A stretch of 64,000 nucleotides of DNA from the human T2T-CHM13v2.0 reference genome, Homo sapiens, in the NCBI RefSeq assembly GCF_009914755.1, contig NC_060931.1. One strand, 5' to 3'. The translations under genes and the position numbers were made by a program. Shown in pieces: positions 1 to 13,199 of the stretch. The number at the start of each line of letters is the position of its first letter. Positions within the stretch are counted from its first letter, which is position 1. Below the pieces are notes generated by a model. The model had not been told where the DNA came from. It did not search any database and saw nothing but the letters and a program-made list of their open reading frames with translations.

Positions 1-374
1 TTTGGTGTACAAATGATTTCCTCACCCACGTAGTGAGCATAGTACCCAATAGGTAGTTTTTTGACCCTCATCCTCCTCCTACTATCCCCAGTCAAGTAGG
101 CCCCACTGTCTCCTGTTCTCATCTCTGTGTTCATGTGTACTCAATGTTTAGCTCCCACTTACAAGTGAGAACATAGGGTATGTGGTTTTCTGTTCCTGTG
201 TTAATTTGCTTAGGATAATGGCCTCCAGCTGCATCCAAGTTGCTGCAAAGGACATGATATCATTTTTTATGGCTGCATAGTATTCTGATATATACGTACC
301 ACCTTTTCTTTATCCAGTCCACTGTTGAGGGGCATCTAGATTAATTCAATGTAGTTGCTATTGTGAATAGTGCT
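1..374 (-). mobile_element. L1 3' end fragment (older L1PA/L1PB type), runs off the window start
   Basis: Antisense L1 3' motifs: gctcccacttacaagtgagaacat, gcttaggataatggcctccagctgcatcc, ttttatggctgcatagtattc. Confidence 0.9.
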
Positions 375-657
375 TGTATGCAGCACTTTACAAAGCATTT
401 GGCAAACATTCAAATGGTCACAAAAAATTCCAAGTGAAACTCAATCCACGTGTGTGTTTGTTTTGTGGGAACCAAGTATTTTTATGGCCTGTAACTTTAA
501 TTGGTGGAAGTTATAAAATATCACTTTAGAGTTATACATGTTCATTCTGCTGTTCATAGAATCTGGAATATTTAATTAATAAACTTTTAGCACTAATGGG
601 AAATTTTACATTCTTACAATAAGGCTGAGTCCAGTGAGATCGCTAACTCTGTTATAC

Positions 658-807
658 CTGCCTTTATGTAGTTTTATTAGATAAATCCAGTGATGGTCTT
701 GAAGATCCAGTCTGTTATCTATAAAATACATTCCCACATAAGATGAAGATGATATTTTCCAGAAATACACTCTGCATGGTTTGGCACTGAAACTCATTTT
801 AAACTCC
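658..807 (-). other. Candidate 150-nt internal exon of an unidentified minus-strand host gene
   Basis: Minus strand ttagctcatttgtttcag|GGAG...GGCAG|gtataa. Length is a multiple of 3 with one open frame (EFKMSFSAKPCRVYFWKISSSSYVGMYFIDNRLDLQDHHWIYLIKLHKG). Peptide not recognised. Confidence 0.3.
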
Positions 808-1729
808 CTGAAACAAATGAGCTAATTCAGGCATGTAATTATGTAGGTCTACAACTAGCAGCCACACAACATTACTGCATGCACCCTTACTGTGGCTGTT
901 ACTTACAGATTGGCTGAGGATATCAGAAGACTAGAATGAGATGCCATTTTACATTTTTCTCTTCCTATCTCTCCATTGAGGATATAAAGGTGAAAACCTT
1001 CTTTTTTCCCATTGCTGGTTATCGGAATTGAGATTTATTGCCCTTCTGAGGATGAAGGCAAGATAATTTGTATTAAGTTAGCATTTGCCTTAGGTATTTC
1101 TTGGTATGTTACAGGCTTTTCTCAGTTACATTCATTCTGCATCTTCCAGCTAATACATTTCCAAAGGAACATCAACAAATGCCAGTTTAATAAAGCGATT
1201 CTACAACTGGATAGCAGGATAAAGTGCTAGGCACCTTCCCACAATTTCTCCCTTTTTCTTCTCCAACTAAACCTCCTAACTTCAATTTCTGATAACTTTA
1301 TTTCAGAATAATATGTATTTTCACACGGTCTCCATCTCACATCCACAAGGCATGAGTCATTATTCAATGAACAATAAACATTTATAATGAACCACATATA
1401 TGTCAAGAATCCCTAGGGAGGCACAAAAACAAAGACAATACAGGTTTTGCAGTTATCTCACATCTCAGTTTATATCTTGTACTGAAAAGCAGCAAGATAT
1501 GACAAAACAATAACCATAAATATTATAGAAGCTTAACACATAAACAGAATCAAATTGCAACTAAAACATCAATACCTGGGGTAAGGCTACTGTAAGGTAT
1601 GACAATAAGGTATGAAAGCCCAGTGCTGTGGGGAGAGGCAGGGTTGAAGAATTATCACTTGGTACATGTCTCCTCTTTCTCCTACACTCCAACTTTTTTA
1701 CAGGTAAAATCAGATTTTAAAAGCCTATT

Positions 1730-2041
<312 letters not shown>

Positions 2042-2199
2042 TCAAAGGCCACTTTGAAGACAGAAAGTCTTCTCACACACACACACATACACACACCCCA
2101 CATAATATGCAAAAGGCAGAAAGGAGGGAAAAAATGATCCCCGCTTCTTTACCTTACTGAAATGCGAAGTGTCAGTGGAAGAAAGAACAAGATCAAGTT

Positions 2200-2255
2200 G
2201 TGTGTGTGTGTGTGTGTATGTATATATATATATACATACACACCTATGTGTATAT
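2200..2255. repeat. (TG)n(TA)n compound microsatellite; a (CA)n tract also at about 2074-2096
   Basis: Directly visible. Confidence 0.9.
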
Positions 2256-2859
2256 GCTACCAGTCAAAATCATCTCTCCTGTGAATAGCCAACCCCTCAG
2301 TTCCAGGTGACTATCCTCACTCACTCTTTCCCAGAATGAATATGAATCATGCCACCACTTCTTTTGCCAAAGCCTAAGAAGCCAGCAATACCATTCTAAA
2401 ACTTTGGATTTCAAGATACACTATAAATAGTAAAGTGTTTCATGGTGCTGATTCAAATTCTAGGTCAGAGAGATGTGGATAACACCAATAATCTAGATAG
2501 ACTTTTTTTAACCCTGTTGAAAATATTTTGAGTTATCAGACTACAACTGCAATAAAAGGAACAGCCCGGTAACTGATGTAAGTTAACAAGCACCTGATTT
2601 GTTACTGTCTGTGGTAGGTAAATGGTATCACATCACACATGTTGATTTGGACTAAAGAGTTGCTAATTCTTATTCTAAAGGGATCTTTTAAATTCACAAT
2701 ACCAAAGTCTGTCACAGCCATTGATTACAAAATTAATCTGCAATTATTAGGGTCCTTTTTTGTGAATCTTAAGAGATTTACATGCACACAAACACTATCA
2801 AGAGGCAACTCTCTTCGCTTTTCTCATAAACATATACACACACATTCATATTCACACCC

Positions 2860-3227
2860 AACCTTATACTTTTCCTCCTGATTCAGAGAAAGTTCTTTCT
2901 CCCTGGCATCTCAATCTCTCCTTCTCCAGTGCTGCCTCCTCCACAACATAAAAACATGATCAAGTTCCCCTTTTAACTTTGCAACTCCCTGGCTATTGTC
3001 CCTTCTTTTCTCCCCTTCACTACCTGACTTTTAAATTTTTTTGAAATTTTTATTGAGATACTTTTAGATTCACATGCATTTCTCAGAAATAATACAGAAT
3101 CCCTTATACACTTTGCTCAGTTTTCCTCAGTGGTAACATTTTACAAAACTATAGTATAATTACACAACCAGGATACTGACATTGACACAATTCACCAATA
3201 TTATTTAGATTTCCCAGTTTTACTTGT

Positions 3228-3268
<41 letters not shown>

Positions 3269-4670
3269 ATGGAATCTCATCACCTGTGTAGGTTAATGTA
3301 TGCACCCAGTCAAGATCCTGAAAAGTTCCAACACCACAAGGATCCCTCCTGTTGCCCTTTTATAACTACAACCACCTCCCTCCCACGCCCCCTTCCCTAA
3401 ATTCTGGCAACCACTCTGTGTCCTCCATTTCCATAATTTTGTCATTTCAAGAATGTCATATAAATGGAATTATACAGTATGTAACCTTTAGGGATTGACT
3501 TTTCTTCACTCAGCGTAACTGCCCAAAGTTTCATTCAAGTTGTCATGTGTATCAATAGTTTGTTCTTTTTTATTGTTGACTGGTATTCCAAGGTATGCAT
3601 ATAGCATAGTTTGTTTCTACCTGGCTTTTTAGAAGAGTAGTTTGCTTCTCTACTTTTCATGTTTCATTCCTCAATCCACTACAATTTGACTTCTGCACAT
3701 ACTGCTCCATGGATATCTCATATGCTGATTGCATATTCAATGGACAATTTTTAGTACTTACCTTTCTCAAGTAGCTGACACTACTGACTCATCTCTCCCC
3801 TAAAACGCTCTTCTCCTTTGGCTTCTAGTCAAACCATTCTCTCCTGGTCGTTTTATACAGTTTTTCAGTCTACTTTTGTAGACTCTTATGCCCCTTATCC
3901 CCGTCCTTAATGGTGAAATCCTCCCAGCATTCTATCTTCAGTGTTTTCACTTCTAAAATTCTACACACCCTCCCAGTGTAATTTTACCCACACTTATAAC
4001 TTCTATTGCCCCCTGTATGCTGAAGACTCTGGCCAAGATCTTTCTCTTAAATTCCATATGGATATTTTCAAATGCCTAAATGTTTTATCTTCTAAATTTA
4101 ATGTCTAAGACTGAACTCATTACCTCCTTCCTCTGTATGACTGACCTAATTCCAACCACCTCCTTTCCTTCCTATAATCTCTATCTCTATGAATGGCATC
4201 ACATCTATTTAGTCATCTCAAAACTTCAGACTCATCTCTACTTCTTTTCCTTCACCCTCCATAGCTAATCAGTCTCTAAGTCCCATCAACTCTATCTCCG
4301 AAATATCTGAGTTTATGCCCTCCTCTTACTCCTCACTACCATTTCTTTAAGCTCTTATAATTTATCATTTCTTTTGGATCAACAACAACAGCTTGTCCCT
4401 ACTTCTGGTATTTCAAGGCCATTCTCCATACTTCTGCCAAGGTCCTCTTACTTAGACACCTATCACAAATCTGATATGTCATTCCTGCATTAAGATCTTA
4501 CAATGGCTCCTCACTGTCTATGTGATAGAGCCTGACTTTTTAGCACAACATACAAAGCCCTTCAAAATCTATCTCTTGTCTACCTCTCCACCTTCTCTCA
4601 CCTCTGGCACATCTACATCCTGTGCTGTCATCATTCCAAACTACATGCCATTCCCAAATGTTCTGTCTCA
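2860..4670 (+). mobile_element. L2 fragment (RT/3' region) interrupted by an L1MC
   Basis: Pyrimidine-rich L2-like sequence; degenerate YADD-coding tatgctgaagac near 4016; atgtctaagactgaactc and caatggctcctcactg motifs. Confidence 0.7.
3035..3618 (-). mobile_element. L1MC-type 3' end containing (TG)n at 3229-3263
   Basis: tagattcacatgca...agaaataatacaga...ggtaacatt...aaactatagta...caaccaggatactgacattga, typical antisense L1MC 3' UTR. Confidence 0.8.
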
Positions 4671-5934
4671 CAAACCAGTGATTCAGGTCTCCAAATGAGG
4701 AATCTGGAGTGCTTTCTCAGGAAACCAAAATGTAGCTGGGACTTCCAGGAGGTCAAAAGAGTTGAAATCATTAATTGGTTTAATATTCAGAGGAAAAAAT
4801 GTTAAATGTCTGAAAATATTATAAACTTAAAGAAAAAAATTTAAAAAATATTTTAACATGAAATACATTTGCCTGTACAGCAGCCATCTGGTTTCTTCAA
4901 CTCCAGAGGATGACACTCAAATACCCTCCTGAATACGACAGAAAAAGACATGAAGTAGTTGATATAAGCTTTCTAGATGCTTGAATAAAACACAAAATAA
5001 AGTCTAAGTTATGGATTTTTTTCAGACATAAGATCTTTTTCTCCCCTAAGAGAATAAATGGGGACAAAAAAGAGGAAATAAGATTTGCTTTTGATAAAAT
5101 TTGCTATTAAAAAAGTACACATTAATAGTTCTTTGAATATTTGATATTATTTTCTCAGATGTGTAGGATCCTCAATTATTTAGTTTTAATCTTCTGTCAA
5201 TTTTCTTGCTATGCCTTTAACCAGTGATAACAGACTGATCAATCTACACCCCTAGGCAGTGTATTCTTCTGCTTATCCACATGGTAGCAGTGTGTTTCAA
5301 ATTAAGGTCACCAATGTGGGAATATAAATGAGTACCCAAAATGCTGGCAGAAAGCAGCTGCTCCTTGTTTTACATACATAAACAGAAGAATACCAAATAA
5401 TGATGGTAACAATATATCACAAAAGTCCAGAGTGTTCTGTCAAGACAAACAAGATACTTCTAGGGAGGAGTAATAAGAAACATGTCAAAGACAGGCATGA
5501 ATGGTATTTCAAGGTAAAAACAGGAAAACAGACCAAGTTCTGGTAAATACTACATACCTGGTAAAATCCTGGTAACATACTACATACTCATTTTTTTTTA
5601 ACAACTCAACACCTATAAATGAACTGATTATAGGTATTTAAATCCTGAGAATATATAATTTTATAAGCTATAAATTTTGAAATGCCAATCCTATTAATTA
5701 TATTTTGTTAGTTCTATAGCAAAAGGTAGCACAGAACCCTTTTGATGACCCTAAATTGATTCCTAACCACTGAGACCTAAGTCAGAACACTGCCAGGCTA
5801 TAAGAATTGTAATGACAAGTCTAAAAGTTGTTTGTTCTAGGAAAATCATTATTGGTATATACGAAAGCACTTATTTTTAAGGGATGGGGGAAAAGCATTT
5901 CAGGGAGGCAAAATTCACAGTACTTAAAAGAACA

Positions 5935-6090
5935 CGGCTGGGTTTAGCCTAGGCTCCCTTGGGGAAATACGACATTTAATCTCAGTTTCCTCAGCTGCAG
6001 AAGGGAACAATAAAAGCACCAATCTCAATTTGATGACTAAATGAAATAATTTATATAAAGTACTTAGAGCAATATTTGACAGTGTTCTAG
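5935..6090 (+). mobile_element. MIR
   Basis: Core ctcagtttcctcagctg, then taaatgaaataatttatataaagtacttagagca. Confidence 0.65.
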
Positions 6091-6261
6091 GCCCTTCTAG
6101 TTCCATACTATGATTCCGCTAACAATCAGTGCTGCACACATTCTCATATTTTTAAATTCATATAAAGGACATAAAGAACAGCAAAGAACTTTGAACTGAT
6201 GGACATATTTCTATCACTGCATCCATTATTCTTCACTATATTAATCTGTTTATGTCTGTGA

Positions 6262-6380
6262 AGAGTACAGCACATTGGTCAAAGTCATTAGTTCAGGAGT
6301 CAGGTCCAGGTTTCCCAGTTCAAATTCAGCCACTAAAAACTGCATGACCTCAGATAAGTTACTTATCTGGGAAAGCAGGT
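6262..6380 (+). mobile_element. MIR 5' part
   Basis: ggagtcag...gttcaaatt...catgacctcagataagttactt. Confidence 0.55.
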
Positions 6381-7784
6381 AACACCTTACATCAAACATA
6401 TATGTTTCTTCTGTGTCTAAAAGAAATACATTTTGGGATCAAGTAATGTAAACATGTAATACAAATTACATACATATTGTATACATGTATATAATATATA
6501 AAATAAATTTAAAGCAAAATAAATTTATTTCCTCTCCAATATTTGATATAACTTTTGAAGTAAATAAATGAATTACAATGATCTTCACTGTCAACATCAA
6601 AAGCAGCTATAAAGACTATTTTTCAGACTATGTAATGTCTGCTTTAATAGCCAAGACATTCTAAACTTAAGTCTAGAATTTCAAAGGACTCAGTAAGTTA
6701 AGCCCACTAGTTGAAATGAACTAGGAGGCAGTAAGTTTGAATGAGTGACAAGATTTAATTTTTAAAGATATTTTTCATAAAACAGTAATAACTGTTCTTA
6801 ATTTGTGAATAGAAATGTGAATTCAAATATGTTATCAATAATTCCATAAAAATGTCTGATGGGGGCATCCTGCTTTTAAAAACTTATTAAGGATTACTTG
6901 TAATTGCTACCATTAAATAGCTGTTTATAAAATAAAAGAATGATTGTAATAAGATATTTCCTCTACAATCATTTTTACACAGTGAATTCTACTTTTACTT
7001 ACAGACAGAATACAATTACCTGCCCTTATTACCACAAATTCTGAACTAATGGAAATAATTCCATTCATTTTATAAGTAGGTCTCTATGTTACAGATGGGA
7101 AAAATCTGAAGCCTAACAATACTCAATGAAATTTAATAAAGATAAAATGCAACTTTGTTCGTTGACATCAAATATCCCAATTAATATCTAAGACAGAAAT
7201 GGAATACATTTTAATCTTTCCCTAATCTCAAAATTGACAACCACATGACAAAGCATTTCAATTCATATCATTCTATAAAATATACTGTTTAAATTAAGAT
7301 TAGCTTCTTATTGGGATTCTGAGGGAAAATGTTCATGCACGACTTGATTTCAAGGCAATGAGAAATTACTGGAGGATTTTGGTCAGGGAGGTAACATAAC
7401 ATGTTAAAAAAATGTAGAGGGAAAAATTATTGAATTGGTCATAAATTAGATATAAACAACAGAAAATATGCCTAGAGTCTGCTTTTAAAAAACAAGTAAT
7501 TTGTGTTTTAAGACAGGAGAGCCTGTTATACAATAATCCAATCTGCTAAAGTCATCATTAAAAACAGGTTTAAATAATTTCTATTTGAAATTAGATGACC
7601 TGCACTGACTAAGCTCTTATGTACAAACATTACAAACCAGGAGTGCCTGAAGTGAGAACAAGCAATTAGGGTCAACCAAAGGAAAACACTGTTATCTCTG
7701 ACTCAAGAAATATAATATATTCAATAGAAAGTACTTGTAAGGTATGTACATGTGAGAAAATCACTGAGGTAAGTGTGAAAGACA

Positions 7785-7985
7785 GCCAAACTGGCCTGTT
7801 TCATCCCTGACTGACTTTGGAGAAGTTGCTTAACCTCTCTGTGCTGACTCCTGTAAAATGAGATATGTTAGTGGCTCATAGAGTTGTATGGATTAAATGA
7901 GTTAATGTGTGAAAAGTGCCCTGAAGAGTATCTGGCACATTAGCAAATGCTCAATAAATGGTAGCTGTTGCAATTATTATTGTGG
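7785..7985 (+). mobile_element. MIR
   Basis: tgactttggagaagttgcttaacctctctgtg...ctgtaaaatg...attaaatgagttaatg...ctggcacat...tgctcaataaatg. Confidence 0.85.
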
Positions 7986-8102
7986 TAAAGTTGTTTTATT
8001 CTGCTTAGTTCAACTCATGCTTCTGTCATCTGTCTCTCAGAAGCATTCATTTGGTTTTGAATGACCTAAATAATTTCCATTGTTGCATAGGGGCTATCTA
8101 GA

Positions 8103-8382
8103 CTGGGGATGGATAATACATTTTTTCAGCTTTAGTGGCCAGACAGATTCTGTTACAACTACTTACTTCTTTTGAAGTAGCTTGAAAGCAGTCACAGATA
8201 ATACGTAATGAATGAGCATGATTGTGTCCCAATAAAACTTAACTTATGGGCACTGAAATTTGAATTTCATATTATTTTCATCTCATGAAATATTGCTTTT
8301 ATTTTTTTCAATCATTAAAAATATAAAAACCACTCTTAGCTTACAGGCTGTACAAAAACAGGTGGTAAGCTAGTTTGCCCAT
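8103..8382 (+). mobile_element. MER58B-like hAT-Charlie element
   Basis: tctgttacaactact...gcagtcacagataatacgtaa...ccaataaaactt...cactgaaatttgaatttcat...tacaaaaacaggtgg. Confidence 0.8.
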
Positions 8383-9389
8383 ATATACACATAGATAAAC
8401 ACAGAACCCTCTTGGTCATAATTCCTCCATATATAAAACCAAAGTAATTGTGATCAGCTTTCCCAACTTTTAGATGTTCAAAAAGCAAAATTTATTTTCA
8501 CATGAGGAGTAATGTCTAATTCATGGGCCCAATCTTTTCCCTAACTTGCTCCAGTCCAACATACTACATAAAAAATCATGGCTAAACCAGTGCAAAAAGG
8601 CTATTGTACTACGTATCATCTGAGTCTCAGGCCATAGTGTATTAAGGATATGTTTATAAATTTCAAAGTTTCACTTTCAGAGATCACTATAATATACAAA
8701 TTCCTATTATAATGTTAACTTTATTTACCAATGTTTATTTTATAAGATAACTAGAGCTGTTGCCTTTTTGTCATTAACACAAAAGAAGACATTTATCCAA
8801 TCTTACTAAATCCCTGCCAACAGACATACTTGTTATAAAAGATGACAAAGATGGAAGCTTATCCCTCATCAACACAGAATCAATATAAATGTGACCCTCT
8901 TACACTATGTAAAACAGTGCATATTGCATGACAGTAGCTTTGAACAGAGCAGGGTGCATCTAAAACACAACAGAAAAATAATCTTTTGTGGGGTTTTTCC
9001 CTATTTCCTTCATTTAAAAAAATGAAGTCTTTCTGGAAAAAAAAATAAAGGCATATTAGCCCACCTTTCATATGACTTCAATTTATAACAGTTAAAAAAT
9101 CCATAAATCTGTTAAAAGAAGATGGAAGTGCAAATACCAACCAGGGTGCTACTGCGCCTTTTCAGAGATATTTGCATATTTATCTGCTACTAAAACAGCT
9201 GATGAGTCAACTTTGCAACAAATCCTTAGTTCCAAGGAGACTTATTAATGGACACCTTTACAAAGAAACTAGGCATTCTCCCTAGGCTTTGTGAAATTGC
9301 CATTTTAAGTTTCATTTAAACAGTGAATCAGCGCTAACTCCTAAATAAAACACAAGACTTTAAATCAACAGCTAGGACAATTTTTGATA

Positions 9390-9860
9390 CCTCCCTTTGC
9401 TAAACCATCACCAAGACCTACGATCTGACCTCCTAAGGATTGCCATCACTTCTGTCTTGGTTAGCACCTCCACCACTTTTCTAGACCAGCCATTGTCATC
9501 TCTCCTGGACTGAAATAGCCTCCTAGCAGCATCTACTCTGATCACTCTCCTCCACACTGTTCCTCACACTATAGACACTCTTCAAACCTCATCCTGTTTC
9601 TTCTTCAAGGAAGCCTTCCCTGACCTCCCTGAATAGATCAAGTTTCCCTGTTAGCATCATGTACCTCTCCTTTATAGGATGAGCTTATTAGAACTTGTAG
9701 ATAATACTGATTTTATTTGCTTCTATGCTTCTGTGATTAGTATCTATTTTCTCCACTAGACTTTAAGTTTCACAGGGGCAGGATTGATGGATTCCCAATA
9801 CTTGGCACAATCCTGGCATATAGCAGGAGTCTGATGACTTTGCTGACCACTAAATATGCT
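9390..9860 (+). mobile_element. L2 3' fragment
   Basis: tcatctctcctggactgaaatagcctcct...ggaagccttccctgacc...ccactagactttaag...cctggcatatagcagg. Confidence 0.7.
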
Positions 9861-10147
9861 ATAAGCCATTATAACATCATTTGGGTATATGTTGAGAAAA
9901 TTCTTGTTGCCACTGAAAAGTCACCTGGTAATTATTTAACTGATAATTAATATAAGGTAGTGATAAACCTCAATTAGCCAAAAAGCCTGATTTACCAGAA
10001 TAAAATCAGATGTAAAGCTACATCAATTTATAATACGTAAATATTATCTTAGGCATCTTGTGAACAGATTGGTTAAAAGTTTGTTTTTACCTTTAAAAAG
10101 TTAACTGAAAAAAGAGTTGTATTAAATAACACATCTTAGAAACATGC

Positions 10148-10662
10148 TGCTATGGTCTAAATATGTGTCCCCCCCAAATTCATATATTAAAACCTAACCC
10201 CCAAGGTTGATAGTATTAAGAGGTGGAGCCTTTGGGAATTGGACACTATGGCTCATGCCTATAGTCACAGCTACTCAGGAGGCTGAGGTGGGTAGATCAC
10301 TTGAGTCTAGGAATTTGAGGCTTCAGTGAGCTATGATCATGCCATTGCACTCTAGCCTGGGCAACAGACTGAGGCTGTGTCTCTAAAACAGAAAAAGAGG
10401 TGGAGCCTTTGGGAGGTGATTAGTCATAAAAGCAGAATCACTGCGAATGGGATTAAAGCCCTCATAAAAGAGGCCCTAGAGAGCTGCCTGCTCTTCCACC
10501 ATGTGAGGGCACATAGAAGGCACCATTTATGAGAAATAAGCCCTCACCAGACATCTTGATTTGAACTTCCCAACCTCCAGAACTGTGAGCGATAAATATC
10601 TGTTGATTATAAGTTACCCAGGCTAAGGTATTTTGTTACAGCAGCCTGAATGGACTAAGACA
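10148..10662 (+). mobile_element. MLT1A-type MaLR solo LTR interrupted by an Alu monomer
   Basis: Starts tgctatggtctaaat, ends tggactaagaca; 5-bp TSD catgc/catgt. Confidence 0.9.
10238..10394 (+). mobile_element. Free Alu right-arm monomer (FRAM/AluJ-like)
   Basis: Monomer flanked by the 20-bp TSD aagaggtggagcctttggga (10218-10237 and 10395-10414). Confidence 0.9.
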
Positions 10663-11403
10663 CATGTATAAAAAAGAACACCAGAATGTACCAGATTCTT
10701 TCTGCCTCTCCTGAAATACATATGATTAACTCAGATCACTCTCCTGAGCTCCAGACCAGTATCTAACTGCCCACACTGTCACTCGCATGTCCCCAAAGCA
10801 GTTACAACTTGGTATTTTTAAATTCCCCCAAGTCATTCTTCCTTTTTGCATTACCCTGGTGGAATGTATCATTCCCCATGAATTTGCCTAAAGCAGGTAT
10901 CCAGACGTTGTTGTTGACTGTCTCCTCTCCAAGTCAATCACCAAGGTCTGTTGACTTGTGTTCCTAAGAATATCTTGTTTGTTCTCTCCTTCTTCCCTCC
11001 TGCCTTTATTCTGGTCTTCCTCCAATCCATACCGTTACTAGGTTGATGTTTTGGGGAGAAAAATGTGACTCCCCTACCCGTTTCCCCCACCAATATTTCT
11101 CTGATTATCTCTGAACTCTTTAGCAATATATACAAGACCCACCAAGACCAGAACAAACCAACTACAAATCCAACATTAATTGACCCACTCTCCCACCCTT
11201 TCTTATTTAACTCATACTCATCCTTTAAGAGTGAGCTTAAGTACCATATCTTCCAGGATGCCTCCCTCTGGATTGGAAATCCCACCTATAGGCTCTCCTC
11301 TATCATAATGCTTCCAGTAATGTGCTGAAACCACCTGGAGCTGGATCATAAGCCAACTGTTAGCATCTCTTCCCACCTCCACAGTGACATCATGTTGGTT
11401 GCT

Positions 11404-12065
11404 AAAGGGACCAGAAACCTAAAAGCAGATGCAAAAAGAACACATGGACACAGGAAGGGGAACATCACACTCTGGGGCCTGTTGTGAGGTGGGGGGAGCG
11501 GGGAGGGATAGCTTTAGGAGATATACCTAACGCTAAATGACGAGTTAAGGGGTGCAGCACACCAGCATGGCACATGTATACATACGTAACTAACCTGCAC
11601 ATTATGCACATGTACCCTGAAACTTAAAGTATAATAATAATGAAATAAAATAATTATAAGTCTTAGAAAAAAAAAAAAGAAATCTTATCTGAACTGCCCT
11701 TATCTGACTAAAGTAGAGCATTAAAATAGTCAGCTGCCACAATTCCACCCTCACTTTTTCACCCCACTACCCCCATCTCCAGTTAGGGAGGCACTAACCT
11801 TGGGCACAGGGACATTCCAAAAAAAAAAAAAATTATGTAAACGAGTCTCATCAGAACTTTCCATCCTTTAAAGCCCTAAACATCTTCCTTTTGTTAAGCT
11901 GGTATACAAACCTTTACCTCTGGCTGTTCAGGGAGTTACCTATTGTTGAGTTACCACATATGTGTGAATAAACCTTGTCTTTTCTCCTGTTAATCTACCT
12001 ATTGTCAGTTAATTTGAAGATCCCCAATCATTCAGACCTAAGTTGATGGAGCAAAAGTTTTTCCT
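11404..12065 (+). mobile_element. ERV1 solo LTR (MER34/MER39-like), split by an L1PA fragment
   Basis: 3' end aataaaccttgtcttttctcctgttaatctacctattgtcagttaattt...cctaag...aaaagtttttcctcc. Confidence 0.65.
11437..11678 (+). mobile_element. Young L1PA (PA2-PA4, most like L1PA3), 3' UTR-only insertion
   Basis: gaacacatggacacaggaagggg...gtaactaacctgcac...aaacttaaagtataataataa plus A-tail; short TSD aaaaagaa. Confidence 0.9.
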
Positions 12066-12519
12066 CCACGGTGAGAGTATTTACACAATGGAAAGCTGTA
12101 AAGGCCACAAGCTACAAATTAGGCTTTCTTCTTCTGTGAAAGCCAGCGATAAAATATCTACCAGAATATCACTGCTTCTCATCCTGCACTCTAACTCTCC
12201 ATGTTGCTGTCTGTGGCTCTTCAACCAGAATTTGTCTCTAAAGGTGATGAATCATTCATATTTATCTCTGTATTCTCAAAGCCTGATTTACCTAAACAAA
12301 ACTGGATATAAATCAACATGTGCTGCATCAAGTCCTAACAAATAATGATCAACACAGGCATCTTCTGTAGAAGGCTGACACACAGTGGGAGTTCAAAGTC
12401 ATTATTGAAGAGTGAACATAAGAAAGTTTAACAAATTATACAGAAAAATTATTTTTAAAACATTAAGCATCTACAGTAAAGTTTTTCCCTCTCCTGTTAA
12501 AAATTAATTCCCATGCCTA

Positions 12520-12748
12520 AATGTGTAGGGGGAAGTATACTGATGTCTGCAATTTACCTTGAAATGCATCAAAAAACTGTAAATAAGAATGAGCTAATGA
12601 ATATACAGAGGGGTGGGAAGCTGATATGTGATAAAGCAAGGACAGGAAAATAAGATCTAAGTGGTGGATAAATAGGTATTTTCTGTAAAATTCTTCCAAT
12701 TCTTTGAGGCACATCTGGAAATTTTCATAATAAAATGTTGGGGCAAAA
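12520..12748 (+). mobile_element. L1ME 3' fragment
   Basis: atactgatgtctgcaatttaccttgaaatgcatcaaaaa...attttcataataaaatgttgggg. Confidence 0.7.
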
Positions 12749-12814
12749 CTGAACTGTCATTTTTTTGCTCATGAGGTGTGCAAATAGTTTTTACCTTCAT
12801 TAAAAACCTACTAA

Positions 12815-13178
<364 letters not shown>

Positions 13179-13199
13179 GAGGAAACAAAGTTTTAAATA

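Larger units (their letters stand above)
11316..12174 (+). mobile_element. MER63A-like hAT-Blackjack element, split by an LTR
   Basis: Left part gcatctcttcccacctccacagtgacatcatgttgg; right part ccacggtgagagtatttacacaatggaa...gctacaaattagg...accagaatatcactg. Confidence 0.7.
10700..12345 (+). mobile_element. L2 (outermost layer of a nested TE cluster)
   Basis: ctcctgagctccagac...atctaactgcc at about 10740; L2 3'-like sequence resumes after about 12175. Confidence 0.6.

Noticed and set aside
5540-5590. Short direct repeat ctggtaa..atactacatac
   Set aside because: Ordinary slippage micro-duplication with no functional indication.
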